DNA of 64,000 nucleotides from the NCBI GenBank assembly GCA_027494035.1, contig JAOSJQ010000001.1, positions 3,040,796 through 3,104,795 on the forward strand, in the 5' to 3' direction. Source of the stretch: Anaerolineales bacterium. GTDB lineage: Bacteria > Chloroflexota > Anaerolineae > Anaerolineales > UBA4823. Shown in pieces: positions 25,566 through 35,475 of the stretch. The notes beneath the pieces were generated by a model. The model searched no databases, was not told the DNA's origin, and saw nothing but the letters and a program-made list of their open reading frames with translations. Made by a program: the position numbers and the translations under genes. Every line of letters starts with the position of its first letter. The first letter of the stretch is position 1.

Positions 25566-26645
25566 TTGCGCCAGGAGAAACAGGAGATGAAATTTCGGGT
25601 TGCACTGCTTGCGAATTTGAAAAAGAACGCCCCGAGCGTCGATGGCATGAATAAGGATCACTGGGATGATCTGGATTCGGAAACGACGGTTGAAGCGTTG
25701 GTGGAGGCGATCCGTTCGGGCGGGCATGTCTGCGAGTTTCTCGAAGGCGACGCCAACCTGATCGACACGGTCCGGCAGCTCAAACCCGATATTTGTTTCA
25801 ATATCTGCGAGGGTCATTTTGGCGACGCCCGCGAAGCGCAGATCCCGGCGCTGTTGGAGATGCTGCGCATCCCTTATACCGGCTCGAAAGTCTTGACGCT
25901 GGCTCTGGCATTGGACAAGCCCATGACCAAGCGCGTGCTGACCTATCACGACTTGCCGACGCCGCCGTTCCAGGTGTTTGAACGCGAGGACGATCATTTA
26001 AGCGACGAGATGAGTTTCCCGATGTTCGTCAAGCCCAGCCGCGAAGGGACCGGGATGGGCGTGTCCAAACGCTCGATTGTCAATACGGAGGCAGAATTAT
26101 TCGAACAGATCGCGTATGTGCTGCGCACCTACCGGCAGCCGGCGCTGGTCGAAAAATACATCGAAGGCAGGGAGGTGACCGTGGGTGTGGTGGGGAACCT
26201 CATCCGCCCAGCCGCGCGCCGGCTGCCCGAAGATGACGCCGCGCTGCATGTTCAGGCAGGGCTGCGTTTCATGCCGCCGCTCGAAGTGGATTTGCAGCCT
26301 TTCACCGAACTGGACACCGTGTACAGCAACCGCTTGAAGGTGGATCTGGCAGCCGAGCTGAATTACATGTCGCCGGCGCCGATCGAACCGGCGCTCGTGG
26401 AGGATCTGAACTGGCTCACCGCAGCCGTATTTCGGGTAAGCGGCGCCCTGGATGTCGCGCGGGTTGATTTTCGTCTGGATATTCACGATAACTTGAAACC
26501 GTATATCCTGGAAATCAACCCTATCCCGGGGTTAGCGCCCAAGATCTCGGATTTGGTGATCGAAGCCGAGGCAGCGGGCATCAGCCACGCCGAACTCGTG
26601 AATATGATCCTCGACGCAGCCCTGCGGCGCTATGAGATGATCTAA
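25566..26645 (+). CDS. ATP-grasp enzyme of the D-alanine--D-alanine ligase family
   Basis: FPMFVKPSREGTGMGVS and the YILEINPIPGL ATP-grasp motifs. The likely start is ATG 25587 (MKFRVALL). Confidence 0.75.
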   Translation: MRQEKQEMKFRVALLANLKKNAPSVDGMNKDHWDDLDSETTVEALVEAIRSGGHVCEFLEGDANLIDTVRQLKPDICFNICEGHFGDAREAQIPALLEMLRIPYTGSKVLTLALALDKPMTKRVLTYHDLPTPPFQVFEREDDHLSDEMSFPMFVKPSREGTGMGVSKRSIVNTEAELFEQIAYVLRTYRQPALVEKYIEGREVTVGVVGNLIRPAARRLPEDDAALHVQAGLRFMPPLEVDLQPFTELDTVYSNRLKVDLAAELNYMSPAPIEPALVEDLNWLTAAVFRVSGALDVARVDFRLDIHDNLKPYILEINPIPGLAPKISDLVIEAEAAGISHAELVNMILDAALRRYEMI

Positions 26646-26660
26646 GAATTCAGTGGTAAA

Positions 26661-27863
26661 TCAGGGTTTTTCGGGGTCCGGTTTTTTCGCGTAGCGCACT
26701 ACGGCATCCCCATAACGGTCGCGCAGCGAATCCAAAGCGGCGCGCAGTTGGTCACTTCGAACATCGGTTTCGTCATGTTTTTCGTCGGCAGCATCCCAAA
26801 GGCTCAACTGGCGCGCCGCGCCCTGGAAACCGCTCACGCCTACTCCAATTAGACGCACTGCCTGACCTTCTATCCACACCTTTGAAAACAGCCTGAGCGC
26901 AGCCTGAAAAATCTCTTCGTCCTGATTGGTCGGCGCTGCCAGAGAAAGCTGGCGGGTGAGCGTGGCGAAGTTGTGCCAGCGGACTTTGATCTTGACCGTT
27001 TTTCCAGCCAGGTTGTTGGCGCGCAGTTTGTCGCCAATCTGTTCGGATTGGGTGCGCAGTTCGGCAGCCAGGTGCTCGAAATTGCGCACATCTCGGGCGA
27101 AAGTGACTTCCTGGCTGATGGATTTTGTCTCGCGGCTGGCGGATACCGGGCTGTCATCGATGCCCAAGGCGTGCTGGGCAAGCGATTGACCGTTTTTCCC
27201 AAACATTCGGATCAATTCGGCGACCGGGCAGCGCGCCAGGTCGCCGATCGTCAGAATATTCATTTTTTTCAGCCGTTCGGTGGTTTTGGGTCCCACGCCC
27301 CACAGGCGGTTGACCGGCAATGGCCCCAGGAAAGCCGCCTCCTGCCCGGGTTCGACCACGGTGATGGTGTTCGGGGGGTTCTCGCCGCGCGTGGCAGCTT
27401 TTCCGACATCGTTGGCGATCTTGGCTACCAGTTTGTTCCCCGCCACGCCGAACGAACAGGGCAGGCGCAGTTCTTGATTAATGCGCTGCTGCAGATCTTG
27501 AGCAATCTGGCATCCCGGCGCTGAGAGGTGTGTCGCATCCACAAACGCCTCGTCAATGGAGACCTGTTCGACTTCGGGCGAGATTTCGCGCACGAGCCCC
27601 AGCATCTGTTTGGAGAGCCGCGAATATTCGCCATGCCGCGAGGGAACGACGATCAATTCGGGGCAGAGGCGCAGCGCCCTACCCATTGGCATCGCCGAAT
27701 GCACGCCGAATTTACGGGCGGCGTACGAACAGGAGGCGACCACGCCGCGTTCTTGCGGTCTGCCACCCACTGCAAACGCTTTTCCAGCCAGCGTTGGGTT
27801 CGCCAGCTCTTCGACAGAGCAGAAGAACGCATCCAGGTCCAGGTGAAGGATTTTGCGCGTCAT
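26661..27863 (-). CDS. dinB: DNA polymerase IV (Y-family)
   Basis: 400 aa. ILHLDLDAFFCSVEE, SIDEAFVD and the HhH-like region LPVNRLWGVGPKT. Confidence 0.92.
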   Translation of the reverse strand: MTRKILHLDLDAFFCSVEELANPTLAGKAFAVGGRPQERGVVASCSYAARKFGVHSAMPMGRALRLCPELIVVPSRHGEYSRLSKQMLGLVREISPEVEQVSIDEAFVDATHLSAPGCQIAQDLQQRINQELRLPCSFGVAGNKLVAKIANDVGKAATRGENPPNTITVVEPGQEAAFLGPLPVNRLWGVGPKTTERLKKMNILTIGDLARCPVAELIRMFGKNGQSLAQHALGIDDSPVSASRETKSISQEVTFARDVRNFEHLAAELRTQSEQIGDKLRANNLAGKTVKIKVRWHNFATLTRQLSLAAPTNQDEEIFQAALRLFSKVWIEGQAVRLIGVGVSGFQGAARQLSLWDAADEKHDETDVRSDQLRAALDSLRDRYGDAVVRYAKKPDPEKP

Positions 27864-27884
27864 ACAGGTCTGGTAGATAATGCG

Positions 27885-28568
27885 CTAGCCGCAGGTCCGC
27901 TGAAATATATGAGCGTTTTTGCGTTTTTCGATGCAAGAAATTACGCCAAGCTGCGCCAAACAATAAGTCATTTTGCCCGCGAGTCTGCGCGGGATTTTCA
28001 ATCTGGCGGCTAATTCGGTGTTGGTGAACTGCTGATCGCACAGCGGATCCACAAAGCGAGCGTAGTCGGCTGGTTCTAATAGCAGCCAGCGGTCTAGTAC
28101 GCTGACCAGCCGGCGGTCGATGATGCTGACTCCGCGCCTCCACCAGCTGCCGAGACCGTCGTTGCGGCGCAGCTCTTCTTCGCTGGTGATCAGGATTTCC
28201 AGCGAGAAATTAGGGTTGTTGACGTACTTGATGATATAGATCAACTGGTTGAATATTTCTTCGAAGCGACCGGATTTTGGCGATTTCCTGCGCGATACGA
28301 AATTCGAGTGCCGGTCGTTCATCACAATAAACTTTTGGCGGGCAATCGGATACACCACTCGAATCGGATAATCGTTCAGCAGCGCGTCGAATTTTGACCG
28401 GAGCGAACTGAATTTGCCGGTTTGGATCTCGATGAGCTGACCTTGCTTGAAGACATCGATCCAGTAACCGTCCAGCCACCATTCAGAAAAACCGCCGTCC
28501 TGAAGGTAGAATTGCTTTAGTGAGGAGTGCAGGGAGGATTCGTGCACGGCAGGTAAAGTATACAACAA
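27885..28568 (-). CDS. hypothetical protein: putative PD-(D/E)xK (CoiA-like EIQ motif) nuclease fold with a C-terminal winged-helix-like region
   Basis: 227 aa. ...[23 protein letters not shown]... (D-x9-E-I-Q-x-x-K). The C-terminus [30 protein letters not shown] looks like an HTH. The DNA is visibly more A+T-rich than its neighbours (by eye, not computed). Confidence 0.35.
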   Translation of the reverse strand: MLYTLPAVHESSLHSSLKQFYLQDGGFSEWWLDGYWIDVFKQGQLIEIQTGKFSSLRSKFDALLNDYPIRVVYPIARQKFIVMNDRHSNFVSRRKSPKSGRFEEIFNQLIYIIKYVNNPNFSLEILITSEEELRRNDGLGSWWRRGVSIIDRRLVSVLDRWLLLEPADYARFVDPLCDQQFTNTELAARLKIPRRLAGKMTYCLAQLGVISCIEKRKNAHIFQRTCG

Positions 28569-28660
28569 TTTTCGCGTCAGCTAATCCGAAACGGTCTTTC
28601 GAGGCGATGATATACTTGTTACCCGTCGAGAGCAAAATTATTTTATTCGGAGACAGGCTT

Positions 28661-29404
28661 ATGAACAATTTTTATATTCCCGAGAGCGCGATGGCGATCG
28701 TCGCCCATCCCGACGATATCGAGTATAGCTGCGCGGGTACGCTGGCGCGCTGGGCAAAACACGGGGCGCGGATTTCTTACGTTTTATGCACCAGCGGGGA
28801 CGTGGGGATCGACGAGCCAGGGATGACAAGAGCGCGCGCCGCCGAAATTCGCGAGCACGAACAGCGCGAAGCCGCAAAAATCGTCGGCGCGGTGGAGGTG
28901 ATTTTCTTGCGCGAGCCGGACGGCATGTTGCAGCCAACGCTGGAGCTCAGAAAAAAGTTGGTGCGCGAAATCCGGCGGTTCAAGCCGGAAGTGGTGGTAT
29001 GCAGCGACCCGACCATCGTGTGGGCTGGCGACGATTACGTCAACCACCCCGACCATCGGGCAGCCGGGACCGCCGCGCTGGACGCGATTTTTCCCGCAGC
29101 CGGACAGCCCAATCTGTTCGAAGAGCTGGCTGAAGAGGGTCTTTCGGCGCATAAACCGCGCAAAATCTATGTGACAAGCTTCACCGGGGGTGAATATTTT
29201 GTCAACATCGAGGAAACGATCGACATCAAGATCGAGGCGTTGAAGGCGCACAAGTCACAAATGCACGACTGGGATCCGGTCGATCGGATCCGCCAGTGGG
29301 CGTCGGAACACGGCAAGGGCAAAGAAATGGCTTACGCCGAAGGGTTCCGCGTGGTTACCCTGGTGGATAACGAAACCTGGGAAAAGCAGCAGCAGGAAAG
29401 ATAA
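28661..29404 (+). CDS. PIG-L/LmbE family N-acetylglucosaminyl deacetylase
   Basis: Track ORF 28520..29404 trimmed to ATG 28661 ([26 protein letters not shown]). Also has the VNHPDH motif. Confidence 0.85.
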   Translation: MNNFYIPESAMAIVAHPDDIEYSCAGTLARWAKHGARISYVLCTSGDVGIDEPGMTRARAAEIREHEQREAAKIVGAVEVIFLREPDGMLQPTLELRKKLVREIRRFKPEVVVCSDPTIVWAGDDYVNHPDHRAAGTAALDAIFPAAGQPNLFEELAEEGLSAHKPRKIYVTSFTGGEYFVNIEETIDIKIEALKAHKSQMHDWDPVDRIRQWASEHGKGKEMAYAEGFRVVTLVDNETWEKQQQER

Positions 29405-29439
29405 GTCGAACTGATCCAGCCAATCAGGGGCGGTAACGT

Positions 29440-30231
29440 TTAGCCGCTCAAGATTTTCTGCATCATAGCGGACATGGCTTTATACGAAGGCGCGTCGTTG
29501 GGTATTTCCATCAGCGAAGCGCCTTCAAGTTCGACCTCCACCAGTTCGGCGCTGGCTGGCACGACGCCGAGAAAAGGTACGTCCAGCGCATCGATGCGCT
29601 CTTGAATTGCGGCGGGAATCCCATTCACAACCCGATTTAGAATGAGATAGGCGTTTTCAATGTTGATATCCAATTCGGTGCGAAAAGAAGCAATCCTTTC
29701 GGCGGCGGTGATCCCGCGCAGGCTCGGATCGCTGACGATCAACAAAAACTGGACATCGCGCGTTGTGCGCCGGCTGAGATGTTCCATACCCGCTTCGTTG
29801 TCGATGATGACATAGCGATAGTTCTTGCTCATGCCATCGACAACTTCGCGCAGGTTGTGGTTCACGGCGCAATAGCAGCCTGGTCCCTCCGAACGACCCA
29901 TGGCGATCAAATCGAAGTGGTCGCCCTCAGACACGGAAGAGCGGATTTGATAATCTAGATAATCGCGCTTGCTGATCCCGCCAGGCAGCGTACCCATGGC
30001 TGCCCCGCCCATGCCGAGCGAGCTTTGGACCTGCGACAGCAGATCTTCGCGGATATCGCCGATCGTCCAATCGAGCTCTAAACCCAAAACCATGTTGAGA
30101 TTGCTGCTGGGGTCTGCGTCGATTGCGAGGACCGGTCCTGCCTTGTTTTCGACGATGTATTTAATAATTAAACCCGCGATGGTGGTTTTGCCAACCCCGC
30201 CTTTTCCTGCCAATGCAATAGTCGTGGTCAT
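29440..30231 (-). CDS. CooC/AcsF-type P-loop ATPase (Ni-insertion accessory family), copy B
   Basis: 263 aa. Deviant Walker A AGKGGVGKTT and the GPGCYC (CxC) motif. Confidence 0.75.
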   Translation of the reverse strand: MTTTIALAGKGGVGKTTIAGLIIKYIVENKAGPVLAIDADPSSNLNMVLGLELDWTIGDIREDLLSQVQSSLGMGGAAMGTLPGGISKRDYLDYQIRSSVSEGDHFDLIAMGRSEGPGCYCAVNHNLREVVDGMSKNYRYVIIDNEAGMEHLSRRTTRDVQFLLIVSDPSLRGITAAERIASFRTELDINIENAYLILNRVVNGIPAAIQERIDALDVPFLGVVPASAELVEVELEGASLMEIPNDAPSYKAMSAMMQKILSG

Positions 30232-30240
30232 AATTTCCCT

Positions 30241-31038
30241 TTAATTCTGTGAATGATGTGCGTTCTCGATATTTGCCAATAAGCGTGCGGAAATCCCTAG
30301 CGCGGCGCGCTGCAGTTCTGGCACATAATCGTACACGGGCTTGCCCAGCCGGTCGGCTTCCTGTACCGCCAGGTTTGCCGGCAAAAAGCCTAGAAAGGGG
30401 ATGCCGGGCGTCGCTGCGGAAAGAAAGGCTTCTTCTTCCTCGTTTCGAACTTTGTTGCCCACCAGCCAGATGCGATTCAGCCCGATATCGTGGGCGAGTT
30501 TGTTGATTTGCGCCGCGGTTCCCAAGCTCCTGCGGGTTGGTTCCACCACGATGATCATCGCGTCAACGAAGTCCACGGTGGCGCGTCCCAGGTGCTCCAC
30601 GCCGGCGTACATGTCGATGATGAGGACATCGTCCTTGCGGAACATGAGATGCGTGAACAAAGTCTTCAGCATGGCGCTTTCGGGACAGATGCACCCCGAA
30701 CCGCCCAGGTCCACAGAGCCCATCTCGAGCAGGCGCACGTTGCGGTGCATCACGCTGAACCGCTCGGGAAGATCATCGACGCGCGGGTTGATGGTGAAGA
30801 AACCGCCGATCGTGCCCGGCTTTGCGCCGGTGCGCTCCTCGATCAGTTCGCTCATTTCGGAGATGGGGTGCAGCATATCCCGCAGGTCGGCGGGGAAGCC
30901 CAGCGCGCCTGCCAAACACGGCGATGGGTCGGCGTCAACCGCCAGCACGTCGCGGCCCTGATCCGCGTATACTTGCGCGAGCAGAGCCGCCAGGGTGGTC
31001 TTGCCAACCCCCCCTTTTCCTGAAACTGCAATTTTCAT
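30241..31038 (-). CDS. CooC/AcsF-type P-loop ATPase (Ni-insertion accessory family), copy A
   Basis: 265 aa. SGKGGVGKTT and the GSGCICPES (CxC) motif. Confidence 0.75.
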   Translation of the reverse strand: MKIAVSGKGGVGKTTLAALLAQVYADQGRDVLAVDADPSPCLAGALGFPADLRDMLHPISEMSELIEERTGAKPGTIGGFFTINPRVDDLPERFSVMHRNVRLLEMGSVDLGGSGCICPESAMLKTLFTHLMFRKDDVLIIDMYAGVEHLGRATVDFVDAMIIVVEPTRRSLGTAAQINKLAHDIGLNRIWLVGNKVRNEEEEAFLSAATPGIPFLGFLPANLAVQEADRLGKPVYDYVPELQRAALGISARLLANIENAHHSQN

Positions 31039-31063
31039 TTTTTCCCTCGATTCCCCTTTTTTC

Positions 31064-32470
31064 TCAGCGGCTTTTGATCCGCGGACCTTGCGGGGTGTCC
31101 TCGATCTCGTATCCCGCGGCGATGATTTGATCGCGCAGCGCGTCCGCTTCAGCCCAGCGTTTTTCCTGACGCATCTTCGTGCGCGACTCCGCCAGCGCCA
31201 GGATTTCGTCCGGAATCACCTGTTCGGGCGGCTGCCAATCCGCCAGCCCCAAACCCAGCACCTGATCGAAGACGAGCAGCGTTGCCTTTTTAGTGGAGTC
31301 GGGCAAGGCGCTGCGGGTCAGTTCCCAGGTTACAGCCAGGGCGCGCGGGAAGTTCAGATCGTCGTTGATCTGCTCGCGGAACTGATCCACAAACCCTTCA
31401 TCCACGCTGCCCGGCGCGCCCCAACGATACGCCATTAACCGCAGGCGGTCAAACGACTTCGCCGCTGCATCCAGCCCTTCCCAGGTGAAATTTAATTTGG
31501 CGCGGTATAAGGCGTTCATTGTAAAGAAGCGATAAGCCAACGGGTCATAACCTTTGTCGATCAGCGTTTGCAGACGGATGAACCCGCCGGCTGATTTTGC
31601 CATTTTAGCTTCGTCCAGTTGCAAGAAATAACCGTGCATCCAGAAATTGGCTAAGTGCGTGGCGTAGCAAGCCTCGGTTTGGGCGATCTCGTTGGTGTGG
31701 TGAACGGGTATGTGGTCTTCTCCGCCGCAATGGATGTCGAAAAAACTCCCCAGATATTTCACAGACATCGCCGAGCATTCAATGTGCCAGCCCGGAAAAC
31801 CTTTGCCCCAGGGGCTGTCCCATTCCATCTGGCGCTGCTGATCCTTCGGGCTGAATTTCCACAGCGCAAAATCGGTTGGGTGTTTCTTTTCGCCCAGCTC
31901 GATGCGCGAACCGGCTTGCAACCCTTCGACATCCAGGCGCGCCAGGTAACCATAATCGGACAACCGGGAGGTATCGAAGTAGATCCCATCCGAGGTGGCG
32001 TAAGTGTAGCCGTTCTTTTCGATGCAGCGGATGAAATCGATCTGCTCCTGGATATGGTCGGTTGCCCGGCACAGGACGGTTGGCATTTTGATGTTCAAGC
32101 GGGCGAAGTCCTGAATGAACGCCTGGGTGTAGTACTCCGCGATCTCCCAGGCAGTTTTGCCCATTTTCTGGGCGCTTTTTTCCATCTTATCTTCGCCCGT
32201 GTCGGCGTCGGAGACCAGGTGACCGACATCGGTAATGTTCATCACATGATTGACGGTGTAGCCGTTAAATTCGAGCGTACGGCGCAGCAAATCTTCGAAG
32301 ATGTAGGTTCGCAGATTGCCTATGTGAGCATAGTCGTACACGGTGAGACCGCAAGCGTAAAGACGAACCTGGTTGTCTTCCAGCGGTTTGAAAGCGCGCA
32401 CGCTGCGGGTATAGGTATCAAAGAGCCTTAAATCTGTCATAAACGTACTCCTGATTGATCTCAAATCCAA
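31064..32470 (-). CDS. cysS: cysteine--tRNA ligase
   Basis: HIGNLRTY (HIGH), KMAKS (KMSKS) and the C-terminal [20 protein letters not shown]. The likely start is ATG 32440 (MTDLRLFDT). Confidence 0.93.
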   Translation of the reverse strand: MDLRSIRSTFMTDLRLFDTYTRSVRAFKPLEDNQVRLYACGLTVYDYAHIGNLRTYIFEDLLRRTLEFNGYTVNHVMNITDVGHLVSDADTGEDKMEKSAQKMGKTAWEIAEYYTQAFIQDFARLNIKMPTVLCRATDHIQEQIDFIRCIEKNGYTYATSDGIYFDTSRLSDYGYLARLDVEGLQAGSRIELGEKKHPTDFALWKFSPKDQQRQMEWDSPWGKGFPGWHIECSAMSVKYLGSFFDIHCGGEDHIPVHHTNEIAQTEACYATHLANFWMHGYFLQLDEAKMAKSAGGFIRLQTLIDKGYDPLAYRFFTMNALYRAKLNFTWEGLDAAAKSFDRLRLMAYRWGAPGSVDEGFVDQFREQINDDLNFPRALAVTWELTRSALPDSTKKATLLVFDQVLGLGLADWQPPEQVIPDEILALAESRTKMRQEKRWAEADALRDQIIAAGYEIEDTPQGPRIKSR

Positions 32471-32482
32471 CCGATTAGGATT

Positions 32483-32806
32483 TTACCGCAGAAAAGCCTC
32501 GTCTCGGTTGGACCACACCCCCCAGAAAATGACGATCATAATCAAGACTGTCAGCAGGATCATTGCCTGGAGCAATCGATGATCCGTGGTCTGGATCACC
32601 TGGGTCTGCTCGATCGCAGGAGGGGCGCTCTCGGGCGTAGCGGTGGGCTTTAGCAGGATGTCTGTGTGGGGCGCGTGAACACCGAGAGCTGAACCCGGCT
32701 GGGACAAACCGGATTTCTCGGTCGGCGCAGCCGGGCGCCAGCCAAACCCGAAAACAGGCAGCAGTCCGAAAAGAACGACAAGCGTAACAAGAGGATATTT
32801 CGACAT
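32483..32806 (-). CDS. small membrane protein, unknown function
   Basis: 107 aa with hydrophobic helices at the N-terminus (LVTLVVLFGLLPVFGF) and C-terminus (AMILLTVLIMIVIFWGVW). Preferred over the overlapping frame 32475..32855. Confidence 0.45.
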   Translation of the reverse strand: MSKYPLVTLVVLFGLLPVFGFGWRPAAPTEKSGLSQPGSALGVHAPHTDILLKPTATPESAPPAIEQTQVIQTTDHRLLQAMILLTVLIMIVIFWGVWSNRDEAFLR

Positions 32807-32870
32807 TGGATTTAGAGCGCGCCTGTGGTGCCAGCGGAAACCACAGTACTTTCATACGATTTTAACTGTC

Positions 32871-34055
32871 TCAGTTTACCCGATCAGCTTCCAGGATATG
32901 AGTGATGATCGTCGCGCCGCTGCCACCGATGTTTTGCGCCATCCCGATCTGGGCGTTTTCAATTTGGGTCGCGCCCGCCTCGCCGCGGAGCTGCTGAACC
33001 GCTTCGACGATCTGGTAGATGCCCGTTGCGCCAACCGGATGACCGCGCGCCTTCAAACCGCCGCGGGTGGCGATTGGGATGGACCCATGGATGGTGATTT
33101 CGCCATCCAACCCCAGGCGGGGCGCCTGACCTCTTTCGGCAAAACCGCAGGCTTCGAGCGAGAGCGCCGCCATAATCGAAAAGGCGTCGTGCAGTTCGAA
33201 GAAATCCACATCGGCGGGGGTGATTCCAGCCTGGGCATAAGCCTGGCGGGTGGACCTTTCCGCCGCAGCAAGCCAGAGCGGGTCTTTGCGTGAATGCACT
33301 GCCAGGTAATCGGTGGCTGAAGCCGAGCCGCTGATGCGAATATTGCGGCGCTTTAGCCCAGCCTGAGACGGAAATTTTCGGCGCACGTCTTCGAGCGGGA
33401 CGATGACAACCGCGGCGGCGCCATCGCCGATCGGAGAGGCGTCCAGCAAGTTGATCGGTTCGGCGATCATGCGGGCGCGCTGATAATCCTGTTCGGTGAT
33501 CATTTCGTGAAGCCGGGCAGCGGGGTTATGCAGGGCGTTTGCGTGGGCATTGATCGAGAATGGGGCAAAATCGGTGTGCCGCCAACCGTATTCGTGGAGA
33601 TAACGCTGCATCACCAGCGCGTTCAGCCCGACAAAAGTCACCCCCTGGATCACTTCATAATCCGCGTCAGCCGCGGTTGCCAGCGCTGAAGTGGTCTCAG
33701 CCCCTTTGGTTTCGGTCATTTTTTCGACCCCGGCAACGATCGCCGATTCGAGTTCACCCGATCCCACTGCCATGATTCCCAAGCGCAGCGCCGCCGCGCC
33801 GGAGCCGCACGCCGCTTCGACTTTAACCGCGTCCTGTCCGCGCAAGCCAACCCAATCGGCGACCAGGGCGCCCAGGTTCTCCTGCTTGCTCAGTTGACCC
33901 GAAAGCATATTGCCAATAAAAATTCCATCCGCCGAGGTTAAACCTGCGTCGTGGAGCGCGGCGATGATCGCTTCTCCAGCAATTTCGCGGATAGATTGAT
34001 CCCAATTTTCTGTAACGGGCGATTGCCCGATGCCGATAATCGCGATTTGACGCAT
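32871..34055 (-). CDS. thiolase-fold protein (acetyl-CoA acetyltransferase / SCP-x-type)
   Basis: 394 aa. VEAACGSGAAAL (active-site Cys), ELHDAFS and GHPVGATG. Confidence 0.85.
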   Translation of the reverse strand: MRQIAIIGIGQSPVTENWDQSIREIAGEAIIAALHDAGLTSADGIFIGNMLSGQLSKQENLGALVADWVGLRGQDAVKVEAACGSGAAALRLGIMAVGSGELESAIVAGVEKMTETKGAETTSALATAADADYEVIQGVTFVGLNALVMQRYLHEYGWRHTDFAPFSINAHANALHNPAARLHEMITEQDYQRARMIAEPINLLDASPIGDGAAAVVIVPLEDVRRKFPSQAGLKRRNIRISGSASATDYLAVHSRKDPLWLAAAERSTRQAYAQAGITPADVDFFELHDAFSIMAALSLEACGFAERGQAPRLGLDGEITIHGSIPIATRGGLKARGHPVGATGIYQIVEAVQQLRGEAGATQIENAQIGMAQNIGGSGATIITHILEADRVN

Positions 34056-34082
34056 GTTATTTATGCTCCTGGTGCGCCGGTT

Positions 34083-34712
34083 TCATGAGGTCGAAACATC
34101 CGCTGAATCAACGCTCCCCGGCTTGAGGCGTTTCAGGGACTTGATGCGCTGTTTGATCATCTGCTCTGTAGCAACAACCAAGAACACCTCATCTGGGCGG
34201 GCGTCCCACACGTGCACCACGCAGGTACCGGCGATGCGATCGTGCCAGGCAGACCTGCGATCGTTGACCAATATCCATAAAAATCCCAAACCCAAAGGAA
34301 GACCTGAAATGTAATAACCAACATAGCGAGTCAGGGCGCGCTTGAACGTCATCTTACCCCCAATAACGGGGATGATTTTTATTCCCATGACTGCCTTGCC
34401 GATCGTCTGCCCGGCAATTGACCAAAAGAATACATTATAAGAAATGATAATTAGAAATGTGTATATGCCCGACATGACCGGCGAGGTCAGAAATGCGATA
34501 ATGGAGTTAATATGGGGTATCCAGCGTGAGAAATGGGCGATGATGTTGCGGGTCTGAAGAACCAGCAGCGTTGAATTGACGAACCAGGTGAGAAAAAGCA
34601 AAGTGGCGCTGATCGTCAGGCTGTCGATGATAAACGCAATCAGCCGCGTGGCAAAACCGGCGTAATGTCCAACGAGCGATTCGCCCAAATCGTCATAATT
34701 TGGCATGTTCAT
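34083..34712 (-). CDS. RDD family membrane protein
   Basis: 209 aa. GFATRLIAFIIDS, GQTIGKAVMGIKI and AWHDRIAGTCVV. 4-nt overlap with the upstream gene. Confidence 0.75.
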   Translation of the reverse strand: MNMPNYDDLGESLVGHYAGFATRLIAFIIDSLTISATLLFLTWFVNSTLLVLQTRNIIAHFSRWIPHINSIIAFLTSPVMSGIYTFLIIISYNVFFWSIAGQTIGKAVMGIKIIPVIGGKMTFKRALTRYVGYYISGLPLGLGFLWILVNDRRSAWHDRIAGTCVVHVWDARPDEVFLVVATEQMIKQRIKSLKRLKPGSVDSADVSTS

Positions 34713-35401
34713 TCGCGGTATACCCTGCCTCGGATCTGGCGCGGCGGACGGGCGCTTTCGATCACCGCATCCGCTGGCACAACCCGCGGGTCGCGCTGCG
34801 GCATCCGCAACAGATTGCGGACGAGCACTTCAAGGAAAGTGTCCGCGCTAACGCCGCGCTGGCGCAGCTCTTCCACAATTACGCCTGCCAGTCCAATGCT
34901 TTGTGATTGAACCAGTTCGCGAATTTCCTGGTTTTCAGACAGGTGGTCGATAAAAAAGTCGACCGAATCGTTGGTCGCCTGCGCTGCAATCGCGCGGCTT
35001 TGCCGGTGCTCGGTGCGACCGATGTCCACCCAGCGATACCAGACCTGCTCTCCCCGGTCGACGAGTTGGTCAAATCCAGCGGTGAAAGGACGGCTCAACC
35101 GGCTGGAGGTGAGCGGTTGTGCGAGTTGATTGGTCCTGTTGTAAGCCCAGGTGGTCAGGCGGTTGAACCGCGAAAAGCCTTTTTGGAGCTGACTTTCGGC
35201 GTCGAAGAGGATGCCGGTGACGCCCGCCGCCATTTCCTCACTCGGGGTGGGCGGCTGTGCCAAATCGATCACTTCCGGTTCAGCGTCTGCGGGCTTTGCC
35301 CCACGGTGCGTGATCACCCGATCCATTTGCTCGATGGCTAGAAAGACACCGCCGACTGCCAGCCGGGTGAACGTCCTCAGGGTGGATGGTTTCGATTTCA
35401 T
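34709..35401 (-). CDS. hypothetical protein
   Basis: 230 aa ORF, translationally coupled (4-nt overlap) to the RDD gene. I recognise no motif. Confidence 0.5.
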   Translation of the reverse strand: MKSKPSTLRTFTRLAVGGVFLAIEQMDRVITHRGAKPADAEPEVIDLAQPPTPSEEMAAGVTGILFDAESQLQKGFSRFNRLTTWAYNRTNQLAQPLTSSRLSRPFTAGFDQLVDRGEQVWYRWVDIGRTEHRQSRAIAAQATNDSVDFFIDHLSENQEIRELVQSQSIGLAGVIVEELRQRGVSADTFLEVLVRNLLRMPQRDPRVVPADAVIESARPPRQIRGRVYRE

Positions 35402-35475
35402 GCGTTCGTCGTATTCTCGCAGTTCTGATCAACCGGATGGGATAATTATACCCGTTGCAGGTCACATGCAGCTTA

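Noticed and set aside
28661-32470. PIG-L deacetylase plus a CysRS-like gene as a mycothiol (MshB/MshC) or bacillithiol pathway fragment.
   Set aside because: The 468-aa protein keeps the full C-terminal anticodon-binding extension (DALRD...EDTPQG) and the KMSKS loop of genuine CysRS. The two genes are on opposite strands, separated by the CooC pair.
32475-32855. A 126-aa ORF overlapping the small membrane protein ORF in another frame.
   Set aside because: It is Arg/Pro/Ala-rich with high-GC shadow composition and no hydrophobic or domain pattern. The alternative frame 32483..32806 gives a coherent two-TM protein.
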